64,000 nucleotides of DNA from Squalus acanthias (Eukaryota): contig CM059432.1 of assembly GCA_030390025.1 (NCBI GenBank), positions 72,418,001 to 72,482,000 on the forward strand. The letters run 5' to 3'. Numbering within the stretch: position 1 is the stretch's first letter; every line of letters starts with the position of its first letter. The notes below the pieces were generated by a model. It saw only the letters and a program-made list of their open reading frames with translations. It did no database searches and had not been told where the DNA came from. The translations under genes and the position numbers were made by a program. This document shows, piece after piece, positions 13,219-24,725 of this stretch.

Positions 13219-13791
13219 CCTGAGAAATTGGCGGCCAGGAGTTGAAAATTAGGGAGGCTCCTCAGCTGCCCTATTGACAGCCAAGGCCCATCTTCAGGTG
13301 GACCTGTAAGTGGGTGAGCAGCCTACACGCGGGTTTCAAGGTTGCTTTACTATGGAATTTGGGGTCCTATGTCAGTTGTAGGACCCCAATGCAAAATTCA
13401 GGTGCAATGGGAAGAGTCTGTGCCAAGCAAGCTCCGCTTAGTTGTAGCAGGTGTTGAGCGGCCTAACCAATGGCCCTTAAAGATACCGCTGGAGGCTGCT
13501 CAAAAAATGGCCACAAAACATTTTCAAGGTAACATTTTGGTGAAGCCAGAAGCAGCATGAGTTCTGGGCTCCACAAAAATATTGCGGTCCACTGCCGGCC
13601 CCTGCTTTCTCCTCGAACTTGACTGGCGAGCTGTATCGGTCGCCCATTTGACACCTGCAGCATGCCACTGCCATTCAAATGAGTTATGATGCCAGATTTG
13701 GCTCAAACCTCACGCTGGCTCTGCCAACTTGCCGCCCATTTTGGGCACAAGTCGAATATCCCCCACCCCCAGGTGTCCTACAATTTGCTGC
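13219..13791. mobile_element. Degraded GC-rich MITE
   Basis: Ends cctgagaaattgg...caatttgctgcc; internal similarity to 60161-60844 (gggcacaa, gtggaccgc/gtggtcc, cttcaggtg). Confidence 0.45.
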
Positions 13792-14515
13792 CAAAATGTA
13801 TGATGCATAATTGTACAGTACACCAAGGCATGTATAAATACAGAGCCCATTAGTTAATACAATGAATGAAGTGTAGCCAGGTACTTTCACAGCCTGGAAA
13901 TATTCATGAACATTCTCACTGGTTGCATAAAATCTCTCATGATCTGTGTGCAATTTTATATGGTTATTTATCCCACCAGCAAAGTCAAAGTGGATACATG
14001 ACATTGCTCAAGGAGTAACACATTGAGGAATGTTACACACGTAAATGGGATTTCCGTCAAACTTCCGCCAAAATTGTGATGGCGGAGCAGGAGAAGCCCT
14101 GTGGAAATTCTAACAGCTGTTTGAGGACTCCTATCAACATTGGGTTGTTCTGAATGCAGCCGGGGCTGAGCCAGCTGCATTCAGGAAAACTAGGTTAACA
14201 TGCAGCTTAAAGGGACCACTGCAGGCCACCTCCAAAAAGATATTTTTGAGAATGAGTGCTCGTCTTGGGTCCACATTCAAACCACAGGCCACAGGTCACA
14301 TGCCACCTTTCGCCAGCCACCAGCCCCCCGCCCCGCCCTGATCGTGACCTAAAACCCCCCTCTGATCATGACCGCAATGCCCCCTCTGAACATGACCCAA
14401 ACCCCCCTCTGAACATGACCTCGACCCACGCCACCGCCCCCCCCCCCCCCCCACCATCACATTAAGCACCCTCTCCTAATTACCCTTCCCTTTAAGCACT
14501 TAAAGCCTCTTTGCC

Positions 14516-14641
14516 GGCGGGCAGGAAAGTGGAGTTGAGGCCAAGGCCAGATCAGCCATGATCTTATCGAATGGCGGAACAGGCTCGAGGGGTCAAATGG
14601 CCTACTCCTGCTCCTATTTTTTATTTTCTTATGTTCTTATG
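14516..14641 (+). mobile_element. CR1 (HER1-like) LINE 3' terminus
   Basis: gatcagccatgatctt...ggcctactcctgctcctat...ttcttatgttcttatg tail. Confidence 0.85.
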
Positions 14642-14763
14642 AAGGGAGACCTCCAACTTTACCATCACCTACCCTCTAGCACAATAATCTGTAAGGTGGC
14701 AACTTCAAATGCAGTCAAGGGCTTCATGTCGCAGCTCTCCTCCAGTCTGTGCCTGCTTGCTTG

Positions 14764-14865
14764 TTTTTTTTAATTCATTCATGGAATGTGGGTTTCGCTG
14801 GCAAGGCCAGCATTTATTGCCCATCCCTAATTGCCCTTGAGAAGGTGGTGGTGAGCTGCCTTCTT
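14764..14865 (-). mobile_element. LINE family B 3' end (joins 17012-17979)
   Basis: Reverse complement of the 11415-11500 tail (aagggcaattagggatgggcaataaatgctggcc). Confidence 0.85.
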
Positions 14866-17011
14866 ACATACGAACATACGAATTAGGAGCAGGATTAGGC
14901 CACTCGGCCCTTCGAGCCTGCTCCGCCATTCAATAAGATCATGGCTGATCTGATTACTCCACATTCCCGCCTACCCCCGATAACTTTTCACCCCCTTGCT
15001 TACCAAGAATTTATCTACCTCTGCCTTAAAAATATTCAAAGACTTTGCTTTCACTGCTCTCTGAGGAAGAGAGTTCCAAAGACTCACGACCCTCTGTGAG
15101 AAAAATTTTCTCCTCATCTCTGTCTTAAATGGGCGACCCCTTATTTTTAAACAGTGACCCCTAGTTCTAGATTCTCCCACAAGAGGAAACATCCTCTCCA
15201 CATCCACTCTGTCCAGACCCCTCAGGATCTTATATGTTTCAATCAAGTCACCTCTTATTCTTCTAAACTCCAGCAGATACAAGCCAAGCCTGTTCCTCAT
15301 AAGACAACCTGCCCATTCCAGGTATTAGTCTAGTAAACCTTCTCTGAACTGCTTCCAATGCATTTATATCCTTCCTTAAAATGAGGAGACCAATACTGTA
15401 CACAGTACTCCAGATGTGGTCTCACCAATGCCCTGTATAACTGAAGCATAACCTCCCTGCTTTTGTATTCAATTCCCCTCGCAATAAACGATAACATTCT
15501 ATTAGCTTTCCTAATTACTTGCTGTACCTGCATAGTAACCTTTTGCGATTCATGCACTAGAATCCCTCTGTATCTCAGAGCTCTGCAATCTCTCACCATT
15601 TAGATAATATGCTTCTTTTTTATTCTTCCTGCCAAAATGGACAACTTCACATTTTCCCACATTATACTCCATTTGCCAGATCTTTGCCCACTCACTTAAC
15701 CTATCTATATCCCTTTGTAGCCTCCTTCTGTCCTCTTCACAATTTACTTTCCTACCTATCTTTGTGTCATCAGCAAATTTAGCAACCATACCTTCGGTCC
15801 CTTCATCCAAGTCATTTATATAAATTGTAAAAAGTTGAGGCCCCAGCACTGATCCCTGTGGCACACCACTCGTTACATCTTGCCAATCAGAAAATGACCC
15901 ATTTATGCCTACTCTCTGTTTCCTGTTAGCTAGCCAATCTTCTATCCATGCCAATATGTTACCCTCTACACCATGAGCTTTTATTTTCCGCAATAACCTT
16001 TGATGTGGCACCTTATCAAATGCCTTCTGGAAATCTAAGTACAGTACATCCACCAGTTCCCCTTTATCCACAACACATGTTACTTCCTCAAAGAACTCCA
16101 ATAAATTGGTTAAACATGATTTCCCTTGCACAAAACCATGTTGACTCTGCCTGATTACTTTGTACTTTTCTAAATGCCCTGCTATAACGTCTTTAATAAT
16201 AGCTTCTAACATCTTCCCCATGACAGATGTTAAGCTAACTGGCCTGTAGTTTACCGCTTTCTGTCTCCCTCCCTTTTTGAATAAAGGAGTTACATTCGCT
16301 ATTTTCCAATCTAATGGAACCTTCCCCGAATCTAGGGAATTTTGGAAAATTAAAACCAACGCATCAACTATCTCACTAGCCACTTCTTTTAAGACCCTAG
16401 GATGAAGTCCATCAGGACCCGGGGACTTGTCAGCCTGCAGCTCCAACAATTTGTTCAGTACCACTTCCCTGGTGATTATAATTTTCTTGAGTTCCTCCCT
16501 CCCTTCCATTTCCTGATTTACAGCTATTTCTGGGATGTTACTTGTGTCCTCTATAGTGAAGACCGATGCAAAATACCTGTTCAATTCAACTGCCATCTCC
16601 TTATTTTCCAGTATTAATTTCCCAGACTCACTTTTTATAGGACCAACATTCACTTTGTTAACTCTTTTCTTTTTTAAATATCTATAGAAACTCTTACTAT
16701 CTGTTTTTATATTTCTAGCTAGCTTTCTCTCGTACTCTAATTTTTTTCTCCTTATTAATCTTTTAGTCATTCTTTGCTGTTTTTTATATTCTGTCCAATC
16801 TTCTGACTTGCCACCCATCTTTGCGCAATTATATGCTTTTTCTTTAAGTTTAATACTATCTTTAACTTTTTTAGTTAACCACGGATGGTGGGTCCTCCCC
16901 TTGGAATTTTTCTTTCTTGTTGGAATGTATATATTCTGTGTATTTTGAAATATCCCCTTAAATGTCTGCCACTGCAACTCTATTGACCTATCCCTTAACC
17001 TAATTTGCCAG
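14866..17011 (-). mobile_element. CR1 LINE, 5'-truncated, with RT core in one open frame
   Basis: ORF 15550..17139 (SPGPDG, NYRPVSLTS, QHGF, LDFQKAFDKV, GVPQGSVLGP, FADD), then 15330..15599 and 14971..15300; (TTCGTATG)n tail; ttctt duplicated at 14861-14865 and 17012-17016. Confidence 0.95.
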
Positions 17012-17979
17012 TTCTTGAACAGTTGCAGTCCGTGTGGTGAAGGTACTCCCATAGTGCTGTTAGGGAGGGAGTTCCAGGATTTTGACCCAGCGACAATGAA
17101 GGAACAGCGATATACTTCCAAGTCAGGATGGTGTGTCACTTGGAGGGGAACTTGGAGGTGGTGGTGTTCCCATGTACCTGCTGCCCTTGTCCTTCTAGGT
17201 GGTAGAGGTCATGGGTTTGGGAGATGCTGCCAAAGAAGCCTTGGTGAGTTGCTGCAGTGCATCTTGTAGATGGTACACACTGCAGCCACGGTACGCTGGT
17301 GGTGGAGGGAGTAAATGTTTAAGGTGGTGGATGGGGTGCCAATCAAGCGGGTTGCTTTGTCCTGGATGGTGTCGAGCTTCTTGAGTGTTGTTGGAGCTGC
17401 ACTCATCCAGGCAAGTGGAGAGTATTCCATCACATTCCTTACTTGTGCCTTGTAGATGGTGGAAAGGGTTTGGGGAGTCAGGAGGTGAGACACTCGCCGC
17501 AGAATACCTAGCCTCTGACCTGCTCTTGTTGCCACAGTATTTATGTGGCTGGTCAGTTAAGTTTCTCATCAATGGTCCCCAGGATGTTGATGATGGGGGA
17601 TTTGGCGATGGTAATGTCATGGCGAGGTGGTTAGACTCTCGATTGTTGGAGATAGACATTGCCTGGCACTTCTGTGGCGCGAATGTTACTTGCCACTTAT
17701 AAGCCCAAGCCTAAATGTCGTCCAGGTCTTGTTGCATGCAGGCATGGACTGCTTCATTATCTGAGGAGTTGCAAATGGCACTGAACACTGTGCAGTCATC
17801 AGCGAACATCCCCATTCTGACCTTATGTTGGAGGTAAGGTCATTGATGAAGCAGCCGAAGATGGTTGGGCCTAGGACACTGCCCTGAGGAACTCCTGCAG
17901 CGATGTCCTGGGGCTGTGATGATTGACCTTCAATCACCACTAACATCTTCCTTTGTGCTAGGTATGACTCCAGCCAATG
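17012..17979 (-). mobile_element. LINE family B, 5'-truncated
   Basis: ORFs 17686..17946 (GVPQGSVLGP) and 17209..17535, closely similar to 10440-11415. Confidence 0.9.
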
Positions 17980-18638
17980 TCCTTGTCCTGCAAACAGGGA
18001 AGAAGAACTGCAAGGATAGAAACATCAGGAGAACATATAACTTGATTCGAGTAGCATCTGCAGCTTACTGTAGCTTTGCATCATGCATAAAGATTCAGAT
18101 GGAAGGATTTTGGGGATGAAGCCTTTAAAGGATGTGAGTGTGAAAAGAATTGCAAGTATAAGTTGCTGCTGTGAAGCGTACTCTGCTGAAGTATGGACAT
18201 GCATGGTTAATATTAAATGGACTGCAAAATTATGTGAGTGGAGGAAACAATTTTTGGCATGCAGACTTTGTCTAATTATTTAGTATTAGTTAATTGTGGG
18301 CACTTTTAGCTCAGCTGATCTGGCCAGATCGCTAAACTTTTTGCTACTGTGAGCTGTGAGCACAGAGTTGGGAGAATCTGCTAAACGGAGTGAGTTGCTA
18401 AACAGCGTGGCAACAGGAATTTGATGAGAGTGGGAACTCGCTGGGAAGTAATGGGTAAGTAGTACAGATAGTGTGTTGTCAAACTGAAATTTAACCTAGT
18501 TTTCTTACTTTAAAACGTTACTTTAAAACAGTAAGTCAGTGGCAGTTAACAGTCAATCAGTTGCAAATGGATACCTGACTAGATGATAATTATTGTGGCT
18601 GGCAGTTGACTGACCAGTTGTAACTAGAGTGTTTCAAA

Positions 18639-20066
18639 AACATAAGAACATAAGAAATAGGAGCAGGAGTAGGCCATACGGCCCCTCGAGCCTGCTCCGC
18701 CATTCAATAAGATCATGGCTGATCTTCGACCTCAACTCTACTTTCCCGCCCGATCTCCATATCCCTGGATTCCCTTAGTGCCCAAAAGTCTATCGATCTC
18801 AGTCTTGAATATACTCAACGACTGAGCATCCACAGCCCTCTGGGGGAGAGAATTCCAAAGATTCACAACCCTCTGAGTGAAGAAATTTCTCCTCATCTCA
18901 GTCCTAAATGGCCGACCCCTTATCCTGAGACTATGCCCCCTAGTTCTATACTCTCCTGGTAGGGGAAACAACCTCTCAGCATCTACCCTGTCAAGCCAAC
19001 TAAGAATCTTATATGTTTCAATGAGATCATCTCTCATTCTTCTAAACTCCAGAGAATATAGGCCCATTCTACTCAATCTCTCCTCATAGGACAGCCTTCT
19101 CATCCCAGGAATCAATCTAATGAAACTTGGTTGCACCCTCTCTAAGGCAAGTATATCCTTTCTTAGGTAAGGAGACCAAGACTGCACACCGTACTCCAAG
19201 TGTAGTCTCAGCAAAGCCCTATATAATTACAGCAAGACTTCCTTACTCTTATACTGCAACCCCCTTGCAATAAAGGCTAACATGCTATTTGCCTTCCTAA
19301 TTGCTTGTTCTACCTGCATGTTAACTTTCTGTGATTCATGTACAAGGACACCAAAATCCCTCTTAATACCAACATTTACTGGTCTCTCCCCTTTTAAAAA
19401 ATATTCTGCTTTTCCATTCTTCCTACCAAAGTGGATAATTTCACACTTCCCCACATTATACTCCTTCTGCCACCTTCTTTCCCAATCACTTAACCAGTCT
19501 ATAACCCTTTGTTGGCTCTTTACTTCCTCCTCACAGCTTACTTTCCCACCTAGCTTTGTATCATCAGCAAACTTGGATATATTACACTCGGTCCCCTCAT
19601 CTAAGTTATTGATATAGATTGTGAATAGCTGAGGTCCAAGCACTGATCCTGGTGGCACTCCACTAGTTACACCCTGCCATCCTGGAAATGACCTGTTTAT
19701 TCCTACTCTCTGTTTTCTGTCTGTTAACCAATCCTCAGTCCATGCTAATATATTAGCCCCATCCCTTGAGCCCTAATCTAGTGTAACAACCTATTGTTTG
19801 GCACCTTATCGAATACCTTCTGAAAATCCAAATATACTACATCCACTGGTACCCTCTTATCTACCCTGCTAGTTACACCCTCAAAAAACTCTAATAGATT
19901 TGTCAAACAAGATTTCCCTCTCAGAAAACCGTGTTGACTCTGCCTAATCATATTATGATTTTCCAAGTACCCTGTTACTACATCCCTAAAAATAGATTCT
20001 AGCCTTTTCCCTACTACTGATGTCAGGCTAACTGGCCTATAGTTCCCTGTTCTCTCTCTCCCACCT
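18639..20066 (-). mobile_element. CR1 LINE, 5'-truncated, frameshifted
   Basis: ORFs 19778..20116, 19227..19658 (FADD) and 18738..19214; (TTCTTATG)n tail. Confidence 0.95.
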
Positions 20067-20430
20067 AAAATGTATATATTAGAGGGATATCTGCTAACGC
20101 ACAGAGCTGTGAGCACAGAGTTGGGTGAATCTGCTAAACAGAGTGGCGATGGGAATTTGGTGAGAGTGGGAATTTGGTGCAGAGGGGGACGGAGGTGCTA
20201 AATAATTTAAACCAAGGGGAATCAGTAAATAAATAAATAAATAAAGAGTAATTAATTAGATATCAGGGGATAAAATTTAAATTATCTCAGTAGAGGATAC
20301 CAACATTAAAGGGATCCGAATTACATTAAATAAAAATCTGATATACCTAAATAATTGAATAATAAATAGGAAAAAGGGTTACTAAAGTAAAAACATATAT
20401 ATAACATAAGTAGATAGACTTTTAAGCAAA

Positions 20431-21509
20431 ATGATGGGATAGCGGAGACCCATTGCCTGAAATTCCTGTGCCATGAGGGAACTCCAGGACGCTTCACGTG
20501 TCCTGGATAACCACATGTGCAGGAAGTGCCTCCAGTTGCTCGAACTCAAGTTCGGAGCAGCTGGAGTCTCTGCAGGGCATATGGCTGGCTGAGCACTTCC
20601 TGGAGCGCACATTCCAGGAAGTGGTCACCCTGCAGCTACAGAGTATTCAGGAGGATAATAAGTGGGGCAGGGTAGTAAGAGGCAGGCAGTGCAGGAATCC
20701 TCCAGAAGCATGACAATCTGTAACCGGTTTTCAGCGCTGAATACTGGTGAGGGTGACAACATCTTGGGGGAGTGTAGTCTAAAGCACATCCATGACTCTG
20801 TAGGGCAAATAACTGTATAGGGGGCACAGCAAAGTGTAGAAATACAGTGGTCATAGGAGATTCGATAGTCAGGGGCAATGTTCCCCCTGAGGCGCACAGC
20901 TACGCGACTGCACACTGATCGTGAGGTCCCGCACAGGCTGCCCGCCAGCTGTTCTGCTGGAAGAGATATGGCGCATGCGTGGCCATGCGCAGAAACTTTA
21001 AAGTCCTGGCGCAGGGAAAAAATTTAGAGGGAACATTGGTCAGGGGGTTAGACAGACATTTCTGCAACCACCCACATGGTTTGTTGATGCCCTGGTGCCA
21101 GGGTAAAGGACATCACTGAACAGGTGCAGAACATTTTTAGGAGGGAAGGAGAACAGCCAGAAGTCGTGATCCATGTGGCAACCAATGACTTAGGTAGGAA
21201 AAGGGTTGAGGTTCTGCACTCAGAGTTTCAGGAGCTTGGGAAGAAATTAAAGAGCAGGACCTCAAAGGTAGTAATCTTTGGATTACGCCCAGTGCCACAC
21301 GTTTAGTGAGTAAAGGAATATTAGGATGAGACAGTTTGACGTGTGGCTGGAGAAATGGTTCTTGAGAGAGAACTTCAGATTTCTGGGGCATTGGGATCAA
21401 TTCGGGGGCAGGAGGGGCTGTACAAGGTGGACAAGTTGCACCTCAACAGAGCTGGGACCAATGTCCTTGTGGGAAGTTTAACTAGTGCTGTGGGGAGGGT
21501 TTAAACTAA
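20431..21509 (+). pseudogene. CR1 ORF1 (zinc finger + SGNH/GDSL esterase-like), disrupted
   Basis: HMCRKC at about 20513; VVIGDSIV at about 20847; PGARVKDI; PEVVIHVATNDLG (ORF 21124..21306). Contains stops, frameshifts and a MITE insertion. Confidence 0.8.
20876..21038. mobile_element. hAT MITE (CAATGTTCCC TIR family), 163 bp
   Basis: TIRs caatgttccccct / agagggaacattg; perfect 8-bp TSD gtcagggg at 20868-20875 and 21039-21046. Confidence 0.9.
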
Positions 21510-21895
21510 TTTGGCTGGGGGATGGGCACCAGGATGAAACATTAGAGAGGAGAAACAAGGTGCACAGAGGACTGGGAGAGACAAATAGCACTAGAGTAAA
21601 GAATAGTTCAGAAAGGAGGGATCAGGCAGGGGCAAATACGAGGCAGTCTAAGATGGGTTTGGAGTGCGTGTGCGTAAATGCACGTAGAGTGGTAAATAAG
21701 GTTGCTGAGCTGTAAGCACAAGTCGCTGCGTGGGACTATGATACAGTGACAATAACAGAGACCTGGCTCAAAGAAGGGAAGGATTGAGAACTTAATATTC
21801 CTGGCTACAAGATATTCCGGAGAGATAGGGAAGGAAAAAAAGGAGAGGTGTGGCAGTATTGCTCAAAGAAACTATTATAGCACTGGAGAAGGATG

Positions 21896-22928
21896 ATAAG
21901 AAAATAAGAACATAAGAAATAGGAGCAGGAGTAGGCCATTCAGCCCGTCGAGCCTGCTGCACCATTCAATAAGATCATGGTTGACATTCTACCTCAACTC
22001 CACCTTCCCGCACTATCCCCATATCCCTTGATTCCCTTAATATCCAAAAATCTAGTGATCTCTGTCTTGAATATACTCAACGACAGAGCAACCACAGCCC
22101 TCTGGGGTAAAGAATTCCAAAGATTCACAACCCTTTGAGTGAAGAAATTTCTCCTCATCTCAAACATAAATGGTCGACCCCTTATTGTGAGACTGTAACC
22201 CTTAGTTCTAGACTCCCCAGCCAGGGGAAACATCTTCCCAGTATCTACTCTGTGAAGCCCTCTAAGAATTTTATATGTTTCAATGAGAGCACCTCTCATT
22301 CTTCTAAATTCTGGGGAATATAGGCCTAGTCTCCTCAATCTCTCCTCATACGATAATCCCCCCATGCCAGGAATCAGTCTAGTGAACCTTTGTTGTACTA
22401 AGGCAAGTATTTCCTTCCTTAGGTAAAGACACCAAAACTGCACGCAATACTCCAGGTGCGATCTCACCAAGGCCCTATATAATTGCAGTAAGACTTCTTT
22501 ACTCTCATACTCCAATCCTATTGTGATAAAGGCTAACAAACCATTTGCTTTCCTAATTGTTTGTTGAATCTACATGTTAACTTTCAGTGATTCGTGTACA
22601 AGATCTGCCATGTTCTTGCCCACTCACTTAACCTGCCTATATCCCTTTGCAGCCTCTTTGCATCCTCCTCACAACTTACTTTCCCACCTAGCTTTGTAAC
22701 ATCAGCAAACCTGGATACATTACGCTCAGTCCCCTCATCCAAGTCATTGATATAGATTGTAAATAGCTGAGGCCCAAGCACTGATCCTTGCGGTAACCCA
22801 CGAGTTACACCCTGCCAACCCAAAAATGACTCGTTTATTCCTACTCTCTGCTTTCTGTCCGTTAAGCAATCCTCAATCCATACTAATATATTACCCCCAA
22901 TCCAAAGCCCTAATTTTGTGCAATAACC
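21896..22928 (-). mobile_element. CR1 LINE, 5'-truncated with internal deletion
   Basis: ORFs 22584..22949 (GLPQGSVLGP, FADV) and 21994..22539; (TTCTTATG)n tail. Confidence 0.92.
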
Positions 22929-23022
22929 ACAATCTCTTCTCACTGACAAGCTGCTGATAGTGTATACTTGCTTTCCCTCCTCCCCTCACCACAACCCGAC
23001 CCTTGTGCCTTTCTCCTTTCAG

Positions 23023-23833
23023 ATACCCAAGAACTGCCAGCAGCCCTGACCTCGATCTAGCAGAGGAGGAGAGTGAAGGAGAAGAAGAGGCACCATCACT
23101 CGATCTGACACTCAGGCACCAGCTCAGAAAATGGCACTGTACGTACTTTAGAGGGGAGCACGGAGGAGTCTGGCTCCAACATTGCACGGGGCTTTGCACG
23201 GAGCTTGGAGCTCACGATTTCCAGGATGGAATTGATGAGCAACTCCAGTAGAACACTTGAGGACCCAACCATGATGCTGGGTATGATGGGAGATGTTGCA
23301 GCTTCTATTGCAGCACAAGCGGAAGCGACCCGACATCTGAATGCTGCACTGGAAGCTCAGACTGCTCTCATGCAGGCTCAGCTTGCTGCCATGCAAACTC
23401 AGACTGCTCTCATGCAGGTTTGACTTGCTGCCACGCAAGCTCAGACTGATGCCATCATGGCTGGGTTTACGAGTGTGGAAAGGGGCTTGCAGGGTGTCAC
23501 AGCAGTCCAGCAATCTGTGCTCCAACAGATGGTTAGGAATGCTGAGTCACCGCCCTGGGGGAGTGGCAGTGGCTCCATGGAGCAGGAAGCTGCTGTCCTC
23601 TCTCAGGATGACAGCATTCGTACTCCCACCCCCGCCACTTCACCGGTGCCCTTGCTGCTGCCTGTCAGCCAGCCAGCCCAGACTGCTGTCGCCCATGCTG
23701 AGGTGGTGCAGTCTACAGCTGGGCCATCTAGACCCAGAGCTGCTCGAGGTTGTCCTGCAAGGCCATCTGCAGTCTCCCCCACAGAAAGTCATCAGCCTTG
23801 CACCAGCCATGCTGCAGCCACTGGGGTAACACT
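23023..23833 (+). pseudogene. Harbinger Myb/SANT-like gene, last exon (acidic, heptad-repeat, Pro-rich)
   Basis: ORFs 23003..23251, 23205..23423 and 23457..23864 align with 29672-30647; broken by a frameshift, stops and a hAT insertion. Confidence 0.8.
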
Positions 23834-24044
23834 CAATATTCCCTCTAATTTTTTTTTGTACTGAGTGGGCCACGAACTCCTTTGAGCGCGAGCTTTTCGT
23901 CCGTGAGCAAATTTTTAAACAATAACAACAACAACTTTTACCACAACAACCTTTACAACAACAACAGGAACCACTTAAAAGCATATGTACAATAATGACA
24001 TATTACCACCCCACCGTCTCAAATCATGAGACAATCAGACAAGG

Positions 24045-24725
24045 TTCTATACAAGTTTAACATAACTTCTCTGCTGTTGAATTCTATTGTTGCTAGTTTT
24101 AATGATTTGTGAATCTATACCCCTAGTGTCAGCTGTGGCTCAGTTGGTAGCACACTCGCCTCTGAGTCAGAAGGTTGTGGGTTCAAGTCCCACTCCAGGT
24201 ACTTGAGCACATAAAGCTAGGCTGACATGCCAGTGCAGTGCTGAGGGAGTGCTGCATTGTTGGAGATGCCGTCTTTTGGATGAGACATTAAACTGAGGCC
24301 CCGTCTGCTCTCTCAGGTGGATGTAAAAGATCCCAAGGCACTATTTTGAAGAAGAGTAGGGGAGTTATCCCCGGTGTCCTGGCTAATATTTATCCCTCAA
24401 CCAACATAACAAAAACAGATTATCTGGTCATTATCACATTGCTGTTTGTGGGACCTTGCTGTGCGCAAATTGGCTGCCGCGTTTCCCACATTACAACAGT
24501 GACTTCACTCCAAAAGTACTTCATTGGCTGTAAAGCGCTTTGAGACATCCGGTGGTCGTGAAAGGCGCTATATAAATGTAAGTCTTTCTTTCTTTCTAGA
24601 TCCCTTTGCACCTCTACCACATTTAGACTCTTATTTTCTTCCTTATTCCTCCTACCAAAATGCACCACCTCACACTTATCTATATTGAAATTCATTTGGC
24701 ATTTACATGCCCATTCTGCAAGTTT
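24045..24725 (-). mobile_element. Degraded CR1 fragment split by a SINE
   Basis: ORF 24420..24695 begins MNFNIDKCEVVHFGRRN; ctag on both sides of the SINE. Confidence 0.75.
24127..24595 (+). mobile_element. Full-length tRNA-derived Deu-type SINE (SacSINE1-like)
   Basis: A box tggctcagttgg, B box ggttcaagtcc, central domain, (CTTT)n tail, ctag flanks. Family name is from memory of DeuSINE consensus sequences. Confidence 0.88.

Noticed and set aside
23355..23459. CRISPR-like array
   Set aside because: Contiguous 21-bp coding repeats with no spacers, in a eukaryotic TE.
24127..24200. tRNA gene
   Set aside because: The A/B boxes are the head of a multi-copy SINE (also at 8235 and 58757) and run on into SINE body sequence.
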